Position numbers and translations under genes: made by a program | DNA from: Selaginella moellendorffii | Taxonomy: Eukaryota > Plantae > Lycopodiophyta | NCBI RefSeq assembly: GCF_000143415.4 | Contig: NW_003314262.1 | Coordinates: 1,725,960-1,789,959, forward strand | DNA: 64,000 nt | Reading direction: 5' to 3' | Notes under the pieces: model-generated | The model's input: only the letters and a program-made list of their open reading frames with translations | Told to the model about the DNA's origin: nothing | Database searches by the model: none | Part shown: in pieces, positions 20,867 to 31,789 of the stretch | Layout: every line of letters begins with the position of its first letter | How positions within the stretch are numbered: position 1 is the stretch's first letter

Positions 20867-22891
20867 ATGGCGGGTATGCTTCCCAGCCCGCTGAAGTTCG
20901 CGCCCTCGGAGGAGGCCAGCGTCGCCGCATTCGATCCCGCCGATCTGGAGGATCCATCCGTGAGCCTGGGCAGCTTCTCCAGGGATTTGGGGGCGGCGGG
21001 CAATCACCAGCAGCAGCATCACCAGCATCATCCGGCAGCGATGGAGGAGGGGCTCGGCGGCGACGAGATCGACAAGACGGAGAGCGTAGGCAGCAAGAAG
21101 AAGCGGGCGGAGATGTGGCAGGACTCGGAGATGGACGCCCTGGTAAGCGCTTACAAGCAAGTCCACATGAAGCTCCTCCTGGCCGGGAAGAATGGCAAGC
21201 ACGTCTTCAAATCCGCCAACGAGAAGTGGACCGAGGTGAGGAATTTGCTGCTGCCGATGGGCGTGGATCGGCAGCCCAAGGAGATCGAGCGAAAGTGGTC
21301 GAATCTCTTGACGGCCTACAAGCAAATCGTGGAGTGGAACAAGAAGATCGGGCATCCCAGCTACTGGGAGCTGGACGATGTTCTTAAGAAGGAGAAGACC
21401 AAGGCCAAGGAGCTCCCGGCGACGTTTAGAGTCCAGTTGTTTGAGAGCATGGCGGAGTTTCTCGGGGATAGGAATGGAAGGAGGGCGCGGTGCTTGGATC
21501 CAAATGGAGCTCCCGGGAATGGCAACTCCACCATGGCTGGGAACTCCACGGTTGCTGGGAACTCTAGCAGCAGTTCCTTGTCTCGGTTTGAGATGGCTCT
21601 AAGTACGTTGCGAGTTCTTCCATTTCTTTCTTTTTTTTCGCTTTTCTTTCGTTTTTTTTTCGTTCGTTTTCATTCGGTTCATTCTGCTTATAAGATTTGC
21701 AGGTCATGTCGATGTTCCAATCTGCTTGGACAAGCTCGGGAGCCAGCTGATACGAAACTTGGATGGCTCTTTGCGGTGAGAGTTTCAGTCTCTTTTTGAT
21801 CGCTCTTAGCAGCTGGGTTTTGTTGGTTTTGCCAGGAGACCGGGTGTGATTCTCGTTGCCACCGGAAGCTTCAATCCTCCGACGATCATGCATCTTCGAA
21901 TGTTTGGTATGTCTTTCCAGGCTTTCGTAGTTTACATTCACTTTTTTTTTGTTTCATTTTCTAGAGAGCTCGCCAGGAACTTACATTCGGTTTTTCGTTT
22001 TCTATAGAGCTCGCCAGGAACCGTTTGATGTCGGAGGGATATAGCGTACTCGGCGGTTATATGTCTCCTGTTCACGACGGATATGCAAAGCCTGTAGGTT
22101 CTTCTCCAAACATCGATGTTTCTTAACTCGCTGTTCGTCTTCCAGGGGCTGGCTCTAGCTGAGCATAGAATACAAATGTGTCAAATCTCTACAGCAGACT
22201 CGCCATTCATCATGGTTGATAGCTGGGAGGTAAAAAAATGGTTTTTTTTTCTTTGGTCTTCTCATGTTGACGCTTAAGTTTCCTTTAGGCGAGGCAACCA
22301 ACACGTCAACGAACTGTCGATGTTCTAGCTAGAGTAGATCACTGTATCAATGGCGGAATGATCACTGAAGGTCAGCGACTGATTGATTCTTTTTGCGTTT
22401 CAAGGAACTGAAGTAAACGTCTGTCACGCTACGCAGGAACCGTAAGGATAATGCTGCTTTGCGGAGTTGATCTCCTCGCAACTTTGGAAGACGCAAGCAT
22501 CTGGATCCCGGATCACGTAGAGCGAATCTGTCGAGACTACGGGATCGTCTGTCTCAGCAGGGACGGACAAAGCATCGACAAAGTCGTCTTCCAAAACGAG
22601 ACTTTGCACAGACACCGAGTAAGCTCCCAGCAGTCTTCTCATTCTCTTGTCATGGTTTTGTGTTCTCCGGAGATTTTGCAGAGAAACATCCTGGCTATGG
22701 AAGACATGGCACAGATCGGCGTAAGCTCCACAATCGTCAGGTGAAGAAAAATCACTCTTTTGTCTCTAAAATCTCTCGTTTTCTTTCTTCGCAGGCAAAG
22801 CTTCGAGAGGGCACTGTCGGTGAAGTATCTAGTTCACGATGGCGTGATCGAATACGTGAAATCTCACAGGCTTTACAACTACAGGGAGTGA
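20867..22891 (+). CDS. NMNAT: Trihelix (Myb/SANT-like, SH4/ASR3-type) DNA-binding domain fused in frame to nicotinamide/nicotinate mononucleotide adenylyltransferase
   Basis: Exon 1 20867-21602: W.DSE...L..A, KW.EV, R...EIERKWSNL...YK, SYW.L..LP..F. Intron 21603-21702 joins to HVDVPICLDKL..VATGSFNPPTIMHLRMF, GGYMSPV.D.Y, EHR..MC, MLLCG.DLL, WIPD.V..IC.DYGIVC, SST.VR..LSVKYL..DGVI.Y. Confidence 0.88.
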
Positions 22892-22939
22892 TAGCGAAGG
22901 TATCACTCTGTGTGTCAAAGAAGGAAGAAGAAGCATTGA

Positions 22940-24769
22940 TTATGAGAGATGGTGATGATCTTTCTCCTTGTATATATTAAACATGGTCTTGAGGGGCGCG
23001 GCATTACTGGGATCTAGATCGCCCATCTCTCCACTGGATCTCTCGCCGCGATCCAGATCGCGCTGGGTCCTCGACGCCGTGAGCAGCGATCCCCAAGCGG
23101 TGTCCCCGGGGAGGAATGGCATGCTCTCGACGAGCTCCTCGGCATCGGCCAATCGCCCAGCGCGCGCGAGCCCATCCACGACGCAGCAGTAATGCTCGCG
23201 AACTGGGGCGAGCCCGTGATCGCCGATCATGGAGACGAAGAACTCGATCGCGTCCTCCAATCTCCCCACCCGGCTCGCGGCGCTCAGCACGCTCGAGAAT
23301 GCCGCCTCGTCCGCCCTGAGCCCCTCCAGGCTGATGATCCACACGAGATGGATCGCCTCTCGCGCGAAGCCATTGCTCGCGAACGCGGCGGCCATCGCCG
23401 TCCAGGAGATGCGATCCCGGACTGGCTGGGTGTCGAATATCCGCTTCGCCTCGAGGATATTCCCGTTGTCGGCAAATGCCGCGGCCATCGCGGTCCAAGA
23501 TACCACGTCCGGCTCGGGCAGGGAGTCAAAGAGAATCTTTGCCTGCCGGATATTCCCTTGCTGGGAATATGCTGTGATCATGGTCGTGCACGCCGCGGGG
23601 CTTGGGAAGGGAATCTGGGCGTAGATACGCTTTGCTGACTCTAGATCCCCCATTAGGGCATTTGCGGTAAGAAGGGCATTTGCTGAGACGATGTCGAATT
23701 GGGGCATGGAATCGAAGACGCGACGCGCCTGCTCTAGCAAATTGTTCTGGGAATATGCCCGGACCATGGCGGTGTAGGAGAGGGAGTTCTTCTCTGGGAT
23801 GCGGTGGAATATCCACTCCACGCCCTCTACGTTGCCGACCTGGGCGTGCGCGGAGAGAAGCGTGTTCCAGGCTAGGGTTGTGTGCATTGGCATTCGATCG
23901 AAGAAATCCTGCGCGTCGTCCGGCCGCGCGCGGTGCGTGTGCGCTGAGATCATCGAGTTCCACGACACGGCATTGCGCTCGGGCATCGCATCGAAGAGCG
24001 CGCGGAGGCGATCGAGGTTCCCGGCTAGGGTATTTGCGGCGAGCATCGCGGTCCAGGAGACGACGTCGCGCTGCGGCATCCGATCGAAGAGGCTGTCCGC
24101 AGCATCCAGCTCGCCGGATCGAGCGTAGGCCGTGACGAGCGAGTTCCAGGTGATTACGCTGCGCCGCGGCATCGCATCGAACATGGATCTTGATATTTCA
24201 AGATCCCCGAGCTGGGAATAGGCCGCGATCATCGAATTCCAGGTACAGATGCTCTTCTTCTCCATCCGATCGAAGAGCTGCCGCGCCTGATCCAGCTCCC
24301 TGGCGTGGATGTAGGCCGCGATGATCGTGTTGTAGGCGACGGTGTCGGGCGAGGAGATGCGATCGAAGAGCCGCCGCGCCTCGGCGATCTGCCCGGCTTG
24401 GGCGTAGGCGCGGAGCATCGTCGTCCAGGTAACCACATCTGGCTCGTCCATCTTGTCGAAAACTTCCCTCGCTCTCTCTAATCTTCCATTCTCTGCGTAG
24501 GCCGCGATGATCAAGTTCCAGGAGAAGGAATCTCTCTGGTACTTGTTCACGAATACCTCCCAGGCCTGATCGAGCGCGCCGCATTTGCCATACAGGTAGA
24601 TCAGCCGGTTGAGGAGGAAGGGCTTCTGGCGGATGCGAGCATTGGCGAGGATCTGGTCGTGGAGCCGCTTGGTCTGCGAGAGATTGGGCTTGATCGCCGC
24701 GCATCGCAGCTCCTCGAGGAGCTGGTCGTGGCGGAGGGAAGCCCTCGTGACGGGCTGCAAGATCTTCAT
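22940..24769 (-). CDS. PLS-class pentatricopeptide repeat protein with C-terminal E-type domain, no DYW (likely organellar RNA-editing factor)
   Basis: Intronless 609-aa ORF; repeated A..LFD.MP.RDVVSW.AM motifs; HYCCVVDGLARAGRL..AEEL..SMPF.P...WGSLL. Confidence 0.95.
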   Translation of the reverse strand: MKILQPVTRASLRHDQLLEELRCAAIKPNLSQTKRLHDQILANARIRQKPFLLNRLIYLYGKCGALDQAWEVFVNKYQRDSFSWNLIIAAYAENGRLERAREVFDKMDEPDVVTWTTMLRAYAQAGQIAEARRLFDRISSPDTVAYNTIIAAYIHARELDQARQLFDRMEKKSICTWNSMIAAYSQLGDLEISRSMFDAMPRRSVITWNSLVTAYARSGELDAADSLFDRMPQRDVVSWTAMLAANTLAGNLDRLRALFDAMPERNAVSWNSMISAHTHRARPDDAQDFFDRMPMHTTLAWNTLLSAHAQVGNVEGVEWIFHRIPEKNSLSYTAMVRAYSQNNLLEQARRVFDSMPQFDIVSANALLTANALMGDLESAKRIYAQIPFPSPAACTTMITAYSQQGNIRQAKILFDSLPEPDVVSWTAMAAAFADNGNILEAKRIFDTQPVRDRISWTAMAAAFASNGFAREAIHLVWIISLEGLRADEAAFSSVLSAASRVGRLEDAIEFFVSMIGDHGLAPVREHYCCVVDGLARAGRLADAEELVESMPFLPGDTAWGSLLTASRTQRDLDRGERSSGEMGDLDPSNAAPLKTMFNIYKEKDHHHLS

Positions 24770-24885
24770 CCCCGCGTATCGTCACCGTTGATCGCGGGAG
24801 GCTTTCCGTTACGGAACTTTGCCTCGCCTTTCCGTGGCGGAATCCTCTGGAAACCCTGGCGAGAGGGGAGTTCCAGTCCAGGCCC

Positions 24886-26811
24886 ATGCCGCCTAACGTG
24901 GTTTCGGAGGTAAAGAGAAAAGAGAGGGCGCCGCCGCTCCTAACTTTCTCTATTCTTGCAGGCTAGCTTGAGCACTCGCGCTTCGCAATGGTGGGCGAGC
25001 ATTCCGGCGATCACTGGAGGAACTCTCATCCTCTGCGTTGCCATCTACATCGTGGATCTTCTCATTGGCTACGACACTTTCCAGCAAGTGTGCTTCTCCA
25101 CAGACACTGTGATCGGTAATTTTCAAGGTAAGTTTCAAGCAAGGAATTTTTTTTTTCTGGCAAATGAAGTATGTTTCTTCCTTTTCAGTGTATAGGGCTA
25201 TCACCGCTGTCTTGTTCCATGCATCGCTTCTACACGTTCTTTTCAACATGCTTGCTTTGGTTCCCATTGGAAGCTCGTTGGAGCGTGTTATGGGGTCCGT
25301 GAGATATCTTCACGTCATCTTGCTTCTGGCCGTGAGCAACGCGGTGATTCACATCCTCATTGCCTACATTGTCGCGTACAACCCGATTTATGTGCACAAG
25401 AGTGTGTTGATGGAGTGCCAGATTGGTTTCTCCGGCATTCTCTTTGCCATGATCGTCATAGAAGGCAGCCTCTACACCGGCCAAAATCGAAGGTATTGTT
25501 GGATTTTCTTCGCTTCAGTTGGCTAACTTCTTGCTGTAGCATCTTTGGTTTGTTCAACGTGCCTGCAAAATGGTAAGGACATTTTCTGCTCTTGTAGCCT
25601 CTCTAAAGTTTGATTTACAGGTATCCATGGGTTTTATTGATCATTTTCCAGATGATCATGCCAAGAGTTTCGTTGCTCGGGCATCTTAGCGGGATTTTGT
25701 CTGGATTTTCATGTCCGTAAGAAGGTTTTGGCTTTGATGCGTTTTTCTGATTCACGTGGTTTTTGTAGATTCTTATGGATTGTTCAACGTCTTAATGCTG
25801 TCCCAGGCGACATACACAAAGATCGAAAGCTCTTCTTTACTTGTAAAAAGCACGATTTTTTAAGGCTTTAACTTCTTTGATTGAAACAGGCATCGTGCAT
25901 GAGAAGGCCGGGATTTATTGTTGGGGGTGGCTCTGCCAATGCAACTCTTCCTACGTTTTCTACTTCGAGGTATGTTGTTTGGCCTTTGCCTTCTGTCATT
26001 TAAAACATTGCCTTTCGCCTTTCGGCAGCAGTAACACCCTCAACTTTGGTGACACATGGAGCCGCTTGCGGTCTTCGTTGACGCCACAAAGAGACGTTCC
26101 TATCGATGAGGTATTTTACGCACAAAGCTTCATGCGGTGCGCCTGACTTTGTTCCTTTTGGCAGAGGTTCCCCGGCACTGGTAGAACACTGGGAGGTGTT
26201 TCAAGGCTGCAGCAACAAACCACGCCGCCAGCAACCGCAAATGCGACGGATCTAGAAGCCAGATTACTGGAAGACGACGACCTCGAATTAGTGGAAGCTC
26301 CTCCCGTTTCTACGGGTGGCCATGGAAGGCCATCACCGCCAGGAATAAGGTATGGATTAAGTTTACATCCTCCTCAGCTAGAATCTGTGTTTCACAGGCC
26401 TTCCACTCCAGCCAGAGGCGGTAGCAATGCGCCTCCACAGTCAGCCGTCCAGGTTTTCCTTGTTTGAAACTTCCATGTCAGTCGTGCGCTTACCCGAAAA
26501 AAAATATTATCTTTTCTCTCAGGGGCAACAAGTAGACAAAGCTGCCAGCCTCCGGAGCTTGGTGGCAATGGGATTTGAACAGGTTTGGTCCTTTTTTCCG
26601 CTATCTCGTTTGCGCTGCTAACATCGTCCTTTAACTTTCTACTGGACAGAGCCGAGCAAGCGAAGCTTTGAGTGCTTCAAACGGGGACATCACTACTGCC
26701 GTGGAGATTCTCAGCTCCTCGCAGGTCCAAGTTTCTCAAAATTGTGTTTCTTGGTGATCTCTTACATCTAAAGTTCTTACACGTTGTTATCACTTCCAGG
26801 CACATCACTAG
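24886..26811 (+). CDS. RBL15: Rhomboid-like protein with C-terminal UBA domain (RBL15-like), multi-exon
   Basis: MPPNVVSE/..QWWASIP, FHASLLHVLFNM.AL.P.G..LER, catalytic GFSG, VSLLGHLSGILSG, RFPGTGRTLG, UBA LVAMGF..ASNGDI..AVEIL. Confidence 0.92.
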
Positions 26812-27739
26812 CAACCGGGAGGACACTGAGAGACTTGATCGAGGTAAGAGTGAGTTTTCTAGCACTTTGATCGGCCAATTTTCTCCCCCATTGCCAGGTC
26901 CTTGGCTAAAGAAGAAAAAAAGGAATCAAAGTTCTCCACTCAAACTCGGTGGCATATACGTCGTTCTCTATCATGATTCATGCAAGACGTGCATTGAATT
27001 TTGCTTTACTTAATTGGTGGCTAATTCTTTTTTCGGGCACTAGATTGGGCCGGTCAGCGGAACTCGAGGCTTTTAAACTGACCGACGAGTGGGCCACGTG
27101 TCGCGTCGCTATTGGCTGGGTTTGGTTCCGCATTAACTGTAGTGGTTTAGGTTAAGCCGCCCTTTTGGCGAATATTCGGTCCTGCGAATAGGAAGTCGTC
27201 ACACTTCGTGCGAGCAGCTGGAAACCAGCGATGGCGAAGCTAGGGCAAAAATAAAAATACAAAGCGGCAATAAGAAAAGGGAGAGGGAGAGAGAGCGAAA
27301 GAATAGAGAAAGAATGGAAGTGGAAATAGAAGAAGGAGAAGCTTCGTTAGCCATGGTGGACTTGTGGGAAGAAGAATAGAAAATTTCCTTCGCTATAGGC
27401 TTACTGTTGGCAGGCAAAAGAGGGATCAGGGATCCCAATCAATCAATCGTCGCGAGCGATGCTTCTCTCACCAGCTGGAGGAATTTGAAGACAAGAGAAA
27501 AAGGGCAACATCTATGGCGTGAACAGCGATCTTAGTCAATCCTGGGAGCATACATTGTTCCAGGGAGCTGACAATTTCGCAGCAGAGCAGGCTAGAGCGA
27601 TGATTTGATCCAGGATTTCGCTAAATTCCATTGCTCAAGGGCAGATCCTGGAACCCAATTGGCGATCGTGCCTCAAATCGTGGCTTTGATCGAGCTATCT
27701 AGAGAAGGGGGAAGATTTCGCTCGTGTTCTTGCGAGGCA

Positions 27740-28342
27740 ATGGAAGTATGTCCTAAATCGCCAGGGGACGAGGACAATGTGGACGAATCCAGGATGCTGG
27801 AATTGACAATCGATGTGCGCAACGACAATGTAAGGGTGAGGACCGTGAGCGCGCTGGACGATCGCTGCGACGATCCACAGCCCAGCGGCAGGATCACGCT
27901 GGCGAGCTTGCTGCGCCACACGACCCAGTCGGGGCGATTCATCTCCAAGCAAATCTCCCAGGAGCTGGAGCTGATTCGCAACTGGGCGGCGAGCACCCCG
28001 CGATCGAGGTCGCGGTCGCGGCCCAGCTCGCCGGATCGCGACCCCCTGGTGAAGATCCTGGCGCTGAGCAGGAGCAATAGCGCGGTGTCGTCGCGATCAT
28101 CGGCATCGCAGCAGCAGCCGCGAATTCGCAAGCAGCAGAGTGGGGATCTGTTCCTGGTGCGATCGAGATCCGGGGCCGAGACTGCGTTGCAGGGGCTCCG
28201 ATACATCAGCCGCGCGATCGAGAGCGCGGACCAAAAGGCGGTGTGGGAGGCGGTGGAGATGAGGTTTCAACAGCTCGCCAAGCCAGATGGGATGCTCGAT
28301 CGTGGCGATTTTGGCCTGTGCATTGGTGAGCAATTTCAATTC

Positions 28343-28389
<47 letters not shown>

Positions 28390-31300
28390 TCACAAGTTTC
28401 CATGATGGATAAAAGTTCTTGCATGAATGGATTGCCTCTATATGTTCTACATGTTTCTCGTGGTCCATAGCGAGAATTTCTTGACACGTTTCCAAACTTT
28501 TGACATTGTTCTTCCCCATTTTGCGTTCTTCTCCTCCCAAGCTCACATAAAACTTTTCTTTTTCTTTTATCTGATTTCTCGGCTGAAATCTCTCAAGCTT
28601 GCAATGGTTTTTTCTTCCAGGGATGCCAGACTCGAGGGAATTCACTGGCGAGCTTTTCGACGCGCTTGCACGGAGGAAGCACCAAAACCTCCAGTGCATT
28701 AACAAAGAGGAGCTCTACGAGTTTTGGTTGCAGCTATCTGACCAAAGCTTCGACTCCAGGATCCAAATCTTTTTCGATATGTAAGCGCATCACTCCCACT
28801 CTTCTCACGTTTTAAATAATCTCATTGCCCGCCACCTTCTTATCGTTTTCTATCTTGTTCTCCTATAATTTAGGTGTGACAAGGACGCAGATGGACGTAT
28901 CACCGAGGAAGAAGTGAAAGAGGTGCGTGGAATTTAGCTGATAGGCTCCACTTCTATCTTAAATACACTACTCTGTCTTTGGTTTTCGTCCCAGATTATT
29001 ATTCTCAGCGCTTCGGCCAACAAGCTATCAAAGCTCAACGAGCAAGCCGAGGAATATGCGGCCCTCATCATGGAAGAGCTGGATCCCAACGGAATCGGCT
29101 ACATTGAAGTAAGTTTCAAGTTTATAAAACCTTCACCACCTTTTCAATCTCTTCTTTGATTTGCTAGCTCTGGCAGCTCGAGAGTTTGATGCTGGGACAA
29201 TTCGCATCACTAGCACAAGATGGTTATCTCAATTACAGCCAAACTTGGAGCCAGACTCTGGCATTTGAACAATCCGGGAAGATCATACTCTGGGCTAGGA
29301 AGATCAAATACTTCGTCATCGAGAACTGGCAGCGCGTCTGGGTGGTGGGCTTGTGGATCTTTGCAATGTGTGGGCTTTTTCTCTGGAAGTTCTTCACGTA
29401 CAAGCAAACCTCGGCTTTCAAGCTTCTCGGCTACTGCCTTTGTTCGGCCAAAGGAGCCGCCGAGACGCTCAAGCTCAACATGGCTTTGGTTCTCCTCCCG
29501 GTTTGCAGGAACACCATCACTTGGCTTCGCTCCACGATCGTGGGAAGTGTTGTTCCATTCGATGACAATCTAAACTTCCACAAGGCAAGCGTTTAGAACT
29601 AAAGTTTCTGAGAACCAAATAGTGAAGTAGAAAGTTCGTGCTGTGGGTTCTAAGTTCCTGGTGACTGATACGTTTGCAGATAATTGCAGGAGCCATCGTT
29701 GCGGGGGTTGGAATCCACGCGACGGTTCACCTCGCGTGTGATTTTCCCAGGATCATCCGGGCGAGCGAGGAAGAGTTTATGATCTATCTCGGGCGAGGGT
29801 TCCACTACAAGCAGCCAACTTACGTGGGGATCTTGGTTTCTATAGAGGGTGTTACAGGGATTAGCATGGTGATTATGATGAGCATTGCGTTCGTGCTGGC
29901 AACGAGATGGTTTCGTAGGAATCTCGTGAGGCTCCCTTGGCCCTTGCACAGGTTGACGGGGTTTAACGCATTTTGGTACTCCCACCACCTTTTCATGGTG
30001 GTTTACGTGCTTTTGCTGCTTCACTCCATCTTCTTATTTTTCACAAACGACTGGGTGGCGAAATCAGTAAGCTGGTTACAGTTTGTTTTCCTAGCATGTT
30101 GTCCTAACAAAAGTATGAGTTTTGATCTGGTAGACATGGATGTATCTCTCTGTGCCAGTGCTTCTTTACTCAGTGGAGAGGATCCTCTCAGCATTTCGAG
30201 CTAGACATTTCACAGTACAAGTTGTCAAGGTGAGAAGTTTCATTGGATTGTGGAAGTTGCTGTTAAACTCTTTTGTGTATATGAAGGCTGCTATTCATCC
30301 TGGAAATGTTCTTGCCTTGAAGATGACAAAGCCACCTACGTTCAAGTATAAGAGTGGCATGTATCTATTTATCAAATGTATATCCATCTCTCCTTTTGAA
30401 TGGTAAGTTCAAGAAAACATTATTTTGGAAGCTATTTACATTGTTTTCAGGCATCCATTTTCTATTACCTCCGCTCCTAGTGACAGGCATTTAAGCGTGC
30501 ATATACGAACTGTGGGGGACTGGACGGAGGAGCTTAGAAGAATCTTCTCCAAGGTAAGTAGAAAACACTTAGGATAGTATTGTTATTTTGCTTAGGTTTG
30601 TTCAAGAGATCTCTTTTGTTTTTCAGGCACTTGGAGGTCTTGCAGAGAAAGAAAATGTTCTGGAGAGTGAGAGCAGCGACATTAGCATCATAAGACACAG
30701 GTACACTATTCAAAGGTTACTTATAACTTTTAAATTGCAAGCTTTCTCTCAGATTCCCAAAGCTTCAAATCGATGGACCTTATGGAGCTCCAGCCCAGGA
30801 TTATCAGAAATATGATGTTTTACTGCTCGTTGGAATTGGAATTGGAGCAACGCCTTTCATCAGCGTTCTCAAAGACATGCTAAACCAAATAAAACTGGCA
30901 GATCAACAACAGGTATTATATCTTCATACCTATTATTATTATTGTTTTGCCAGTTCTTGTCGATGAAGCAGATTCGAAGCCCCAGGAAACGAAATGAAAG
31001 AAAGCTGCAATGTCCCACGAATGCATATTTCTACTGGGTCACTCGAGAGCAAGGCTCGTTCGAGTGGTTTAGAGGAGTGTTAAACGAAGTTGCCGAGATT
31101 GACAACAAGGTGATGCCTGATCATGACAATATCACACTAAAATATATTCTTGCAGGCAGTGATCGAGATGCATAACTATCTCACCAGCGTTTATGAAGAA
31201 GGGGATGCTCGCTCAGCTCTCATCACAATGATGCAAGCTTTTCATCATGCCAAGAATGGTGTTGACATTGTCTCAGGAACAAGAGTAAGATCTTTGATCT

Positions 31301-31594
31301 GATTTCATTTTGATTGCTTATAATAAATCTCTTACCAATACTCAGGTTAGAACTCACTTTGCTCGACCCAAATGGTATAAAGTATTTTCCAGGCTTGCCA
31401 ACATTCATACAAATTCAAGAATAGGTGAGTGAGATTTTCTCTTTTTCTTTTTTATTTTCTTTCTTATTGCATTTGCTTATGAAGGTGTCTTCTATTGTGG
31501 ACCTATGGTTTTAGCTAGGGAGCTTGATGCATTATCAAGTGAATTTAACCAAATATCCAACTCAAAATTTGAGTTTCACAAAGAAAATTTTTAA
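27740..31594 (+). CDS. RBOH: Respiratory burst oxidase homolog (NADPH oxidase), multi-exon
   Basis: RSRSGA..AL.GL, EF-hands ([24 protein letters not shown]), [79 protein letters not shown]. Confidence 0.96.
28343..28392. repeat. Compound (CT)n(CA)n microsatellite in RBOH intron 1
   Basis: Directly visible. Confidence 0.9.
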
Positions 31595-31789
31595 CAAAAT
31601 CTTTCATGTTTCAATCAAATTACTAGAAGTTGAGATGCTATTTAAATTATTAAATTTTATAAAGATATATAAATAGAAAATTTTATGTAAAGAAATTGAG
31701 AATAGAAAATATAGATATGATGCTAACAATAATAATGTAGTAGGATTTTGATAATCATCTGGAATACAAAAATATGCATATTAATTAAT

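Noticed and set aside
23004-24887. Many overlapping and antisense ORFs across the PPR gene (likewise over TK, sHSP, trihelix, gag-pol)
   Set aside because: Expected shadows of GC-rich coding sequence; no recognisable motifs
27605-27739. N-terminal extension of RBOH from the ORF track
   Set aside because: Begins at TTG; the first in-frame ATG is 27740
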